From Oscillospiraceae bacterium (lineage in GTDB: Bacteria > Bacillota > Clostridia > Oscillospirales > Ruminococcaceae): 64,000 nucleotides of DNA. Of this stretch, positions 61,501 to 64,000 are shown piece by piece. The stretch lies in assembly GCA_016288755.1 (NCBI GenBank), contig JAEELE010000074.1, positions 32,711 to 96,710 on the forward strand, given 5' to 3'. The notes beneath the pieces are model-generated. The model was not told the origin of the DNA. It worked only from the letters and a program-made list of their open reading frames with translations, and did no database searches. The number at the start of each line of letters is the position of its first letter. Within the stretch, counting starts at the first letter, position 1. Both the position numbers and the translations under genes were made by a program.

Positions 61501-62322
61501 GTGTATATGAAGTGTATGAAAATGATCCGCACAGTGATGACTGCCTGTCTGGGGCTGTTCGCGGCACCGATCCTGATCGGGCTGCCGATATGCACCGCGT
61601 CTGCGTCGGATGCCGGCAGCGCGCTGCGTGTCGACGAGGCAGTGCGGCAGGATATCGGCGTGCTGACCGAGAAGCTCCGCCGGAACGATCCCGACGCACA
61701 CACATGGTATGACCTTTCCCGCACAGCAGAGGTCCGGAGCTATTCCTTCGACGTGCTGCGGGAGAGCGGCAGCCTGCAGAAGGCGATCCGGCAGACCGGT
61801 TCCGCGGCGTACCTTGTTCCCTGCGGCGGCTCGCAGGGCGACTGCGACGCGGTCTTCCGCAGCGACGGTCACGGCATTCTGACCTATATCGCGACTGTTC
61901 CGCTGAACGGGCTGCAGCACTTTGACATCAACGCGATCGCGGCACAGCTCTCGGGCTGGGAGATCAGCGATCTGCGGCTCTATACCGACCCGGCAATGCG
62001 GTTTGTCTGGTTTGAGAGCGACGGCACGGAATATGCGGTCGTCTGCTCGTTCCTGCCGGAGTTTTACGCATCCGGCAGCATTCCGCAGGGCTCGGTCATC
62101 AAAATGGATGAACTGCTCGACTGGGTGCAGCAGCTCCCGAAGGCAGAGCACACCGAGGCGGACACCGCGGTCTACGGCGCAGTCACGCTGAACACCGACA
62201 AGGGCGCCGGACAGCACGGGCTCTCGCTCCCCGCTGTGATCATTTCCGCGGCGGCAGGCATTCTGCTCGCCTACGCGGTCGCGCACGGGCGTCAGGCAGA
62301 CAGGGACACCAAATTACTATAA
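61501..62322 (+). CDS. Secreted hypothetical protein with a C-terminal membrane anchor
   Basis: 273 aa. Signal peptide (MIRTVMTACLGLFAAPILIGLPICTASA), a C-terminal TM helix (LSLPAVIISAAAGILLAYAVA) and a basic tail. High GC3 in this frame. The exact start is uncertain (GTG 61501 or ATG 61507/61516/61522). Confidence 0.65.
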   Translation: MYMKCMKMIRTVMTACLGLFAAPILIGLPICTASASDAGSALRVDEAVRQDIGVLTEKLRRNDPDAHTWYDLSRTAEVRSYSFDVLRESGSLQKAIRQTGSAAYLVPCGGSQGDCDAVFRSDGHGILTYIATVPLNGLQHFDINAIAAQLSGWEISDLRLYTDPAMRFVWFESDGTEYAVVCSFLPEFYASGSIPQGSVIKMDELLDWVQQLPKAEHTEADTAVYGAVTLNTDKGAGQHGLSLPAVIISAAAGILLAYAVAHGRQADRDTKLL

Positions 62323-62332
62323 CAATCGCTGC

Positions 62333-62380
62333 GGCGAATCGGCACGCGGGGGCTCCCCTGCGGCGGATTCGCCGTTTTTG
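62333..62380 (+). terminator. Intrinsic terminator
   Basis: GGCGAATC...(inner stem CGCGGGGG/CCCCTGCG)...GATTCGCC followed by GTTTTTG. Confidence 0.75.
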
Positions 62381-62502
62381 TTGCGGTGCAGAGGTCTCCG
62401 GACGGTTCGGATATGCCGCATACTGCGAAGCAAAACAGCAAATTTTGCAGAAAATTGCGCAATTATGAAACGCAAGAATGACACATATCACAACATTGTC
62501 CG

Positions 62503-62532
62503 TTGACACGCTCCGCAAAACAATGCTACAAT
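62503..62532 (+). promoter_or_regulatory. Sigma-A type promoter of the esterase gene
   Basis: TTGACA (62503-62508), 18 nt spacer, TACAAT (62527-62532). Confidence 0.6.
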
Positions 62533-62605
62533 GAAAAACGGACAGCAGGGGTGGCTGTCCGCTCAACTGCATCCACGCATCATATTTCAGAATAGGGGGA
62601 TTTTT

Positions 62606-64000
62606 ATGTCATTCAGAAATAAACAACTTCGGGCAATTTCCGCTGCGGCGGGCTGTCTGCTCCTGATGCAGACGGCTGCGGCACTGCCGGTCTCGGCGGC
62701 TGACGGCATCATTTTCAGCGACGGCTTTGAAAACGGTGACTGCGGCTGGGAGGGCCGCGGCGGCGCATCGGTCGCGGCAGACAGCACCGCGCCCTATGCA
62801 GGCAGCGGCGCGCTGGCTGTCACCGGTCGTTCCGATTCGTGGAACGGCGCGCAGAAGGACATCTCGTCCTATGTGACCGCAGGCAGCACCTACAGCATCA
62901 GCGTCTGTGCGCGGTATGAATCCGGTTCGGGCGTCGAGCTGATGCTTTCGCTCTGCTACAAGGACGCTTCCGGCGAAACACAGTACGACCACATTGCGCA
63001 GCAGACCACGATGAGCGGCTTCTATGTCCAGCTCGCGAACGATTCCTACACGGTACCTGCAGGCGCGACCGATCTGCTGCTCTATGTCGAGACAAAGTCC
63101 GGCAGCTCGCCGCTCTATATCGACGAAGCGATCTGCGCCGAGGCGGGCACCGCGATCGACGGTCCCGGTCCGGTCAGCTTCACGCTCGGCGATGTCAACT
63201 ACGACGGCGTGATCAACGGCACAGACCTGTCGCTCGCAAAGCAGATCATGCTCTCGGGCAAGAGCATGAAAGCAACGCTCAAGGCTGCCGATGTCAACTG
63301 CAGCAGGGAGGTCGAGATGGCGGATATCGTCTGGTATGTCAAATTCCTGCTCGGACAGGAGAAGGAGTACCCGGAGGCTGTGACACCGGCTGTTACGCCG
63401 TATGACTATCAGCCGCTTGTCTATCACGATTTTGACTCCGAATATCTCAAGGACGCATCGCAGAAGGGGCAGGTCATCGAGGAGCACTACAGCATCAACG
63501 GCGGCTCCAACACCTGCTATGTCTATCTGCCCTACGGCTACGACGAATCGCAGAAGTACAACATCTTCTATCTGATGCACGGCGGCGGCGAAAACGAAAA
63601 GACGCTCTTCTTCCAGAGCGACACCATGATCCAGAATATCGCCGACCACATGATCCAGAACGGCGAGCTTGACCCGACCATCATTGTCACGCCGACATGG
63701 AACAAGAGCAGCGCGGATACCTTCTGGTCTGAATTCCGTGAGAAGCTCGTGCCCTACATCGAGACGAAGTATTCGACCTATGCCGAATCCGGCTCGCCGG
63801 ACGATCTGGTCGCATCGCGCTATCACCGTGCCTACGGCGGCTTCTCGATGGGCTCCATCTCCACATGGGGCGTGCTGATGCACTGCCTTGATATCTGCGC
63901 CTACTACATGCCGCTTTCCGGCGAATACAAGGTCAACAATCTCTCCTATGCGCAGCAGGCTCAGATGGTCGGTCAGGCGATCGACGACTCCGGGCTCGGG
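62606..64000 (+). CDS. Cellulosomal carbohydrate esterase: signal peptide - CBM22-like - internal dockerin - CE1 (feruloyl/acetyl-xylan esterase-like), 3' end beyond the window
   Basis: Not in the ORF track because no stop lies in the window. ATG at 62606 follows AGGGGGA. Reads MSFRNKQLRAISAAAGCLLLMQTAAALPVSAADG..., then the CBM (FENGDCGWEGRGGASV...LYIDEAIC). Dockerin GDVNYDGVINGTD...ADVNCSREVEMAD (nt ~63188-63371). Esterase VYLPYGYDESQKYNIFYLMHGGGENE and the nucleophile elbow GGFSMGS. The 62609..63883 minus ORF is its shadow. Confidence 0.85.
   Translation, partial: MSFRNKQLRAISAAAGCLLLMQTAAALPVSAADGIIFSDGFENGDCGWEGRGGASVAADSTAPYAGSGALAVTGRSDSWNGAQKDISSYVTAGSTYSISVCARYESGSGVELMLSLCYKDASGETQYDHIAQQTTMSGFYVQLANDSYTVPAGATDLLLYVETKSGSSPLYIDEAICAEAGTAIDGPGPVSFTLGDVNYDGVINGTDLSLAKQIMLSGKSMKATLKAADVNCSREVEMADIVWYVKFLLGQEKEYPEAVTPAVTPYDYQPLVYHDFDSEYLKDASQKGQVIEEHYSINGGSNTCYVYLPYGYDESQKYNIFYLMHGGGENEKTLFFQSDTMIQNIADHMIQNGELDPTIIVTPTWNKSSADTFWSEFREKLVPYIETKYSTYAESGSPDDLVASRYHRAYGGFSMGSISTWGVLMHCLDICAYYMPLSGEYKVNNLSYAQQAQMVGQAIDDSGLG

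Noticed and set aside
1-64000. Prophage, IS element, integrative island, tRNA or rRNA genes
   Set aside because: No integrase, transposase, recombinase or phage structural genes were recognised. I saw no tRNA-like cloverleaf or rRNA sequence in any intergenic region. Gene order is largely conserved housekeeping synteny interspersed with CAZyme genes.

Overview
A 64 kb chromosomal segment, visibly high in GC, from a spore-forming, cellulosome-producing Clostridia-type Firmicute (Oscillospirales/Ruminococcaceae-like). The taxonomic call is inferred from spoIIID and spoIIM, the dprA-topA-trmFO and plsX-rnc-smc neighbourhoods, and five dockerin-bearing CAZymes.

Gene content falls into three groups:
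- Housekeeping: smc (partial), rnc, plsX, trmFO, topA, dprA, a TrmH-family methyltransferase, infC-rpmI-rplT, nnr, proC, folT, pfkA, spoIIID, csoR-copA, mgtE, dapL.
- Plant cell wall degradation: a PL10-like pectate lyase, three GH9 endoglucanases, a CBM22-dockerin-CE1 esterase (runs off the right edge) and an intracellular GH94 cellobiose phosphorylase.
- Signalling and envelope: a GGDEF cyclase and an HD-GYP phosphodiesterase with homologous 7TM sensor modules, two ECF sigma/anti-sigma pairs, a MacB/FtsX-type ABC exporter, a CPBP protease and a transglutaminase-like protease.

Cis-regulatory elements readable from the sequence:
- a THF riboswitch upstream of folT
- an attenuator leader plus ATT start codon for infC
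- a terminator-containing leader upstream of mgtE
- two CsoR operators
- many near-consensus sigma-A promoters (TTGACA-17 bp-TATAAT) and intrinsic terminators

The feature least explained by genes is a modular, dispersed intergenic repeat family. It combines purine/pyrimidine heptad-like tracts, a GGAGTTGTTCC core and conserved arms. There are at least 8 copies plus one solitary hairpin module (40944-40990), including one roughly 290-390 bp palindromic-ended full-length copy at 26076-26462.

I saw no rRNA, tRNA, CRISPR array, transposase or integrase. Many long ORFs in the supplied track are antisense shadows of real genes, which is typical of high-GC DNA. All coordinates for non-CDS features were derived by hand and may be off by a few nt. 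No database search or folding computation was run.
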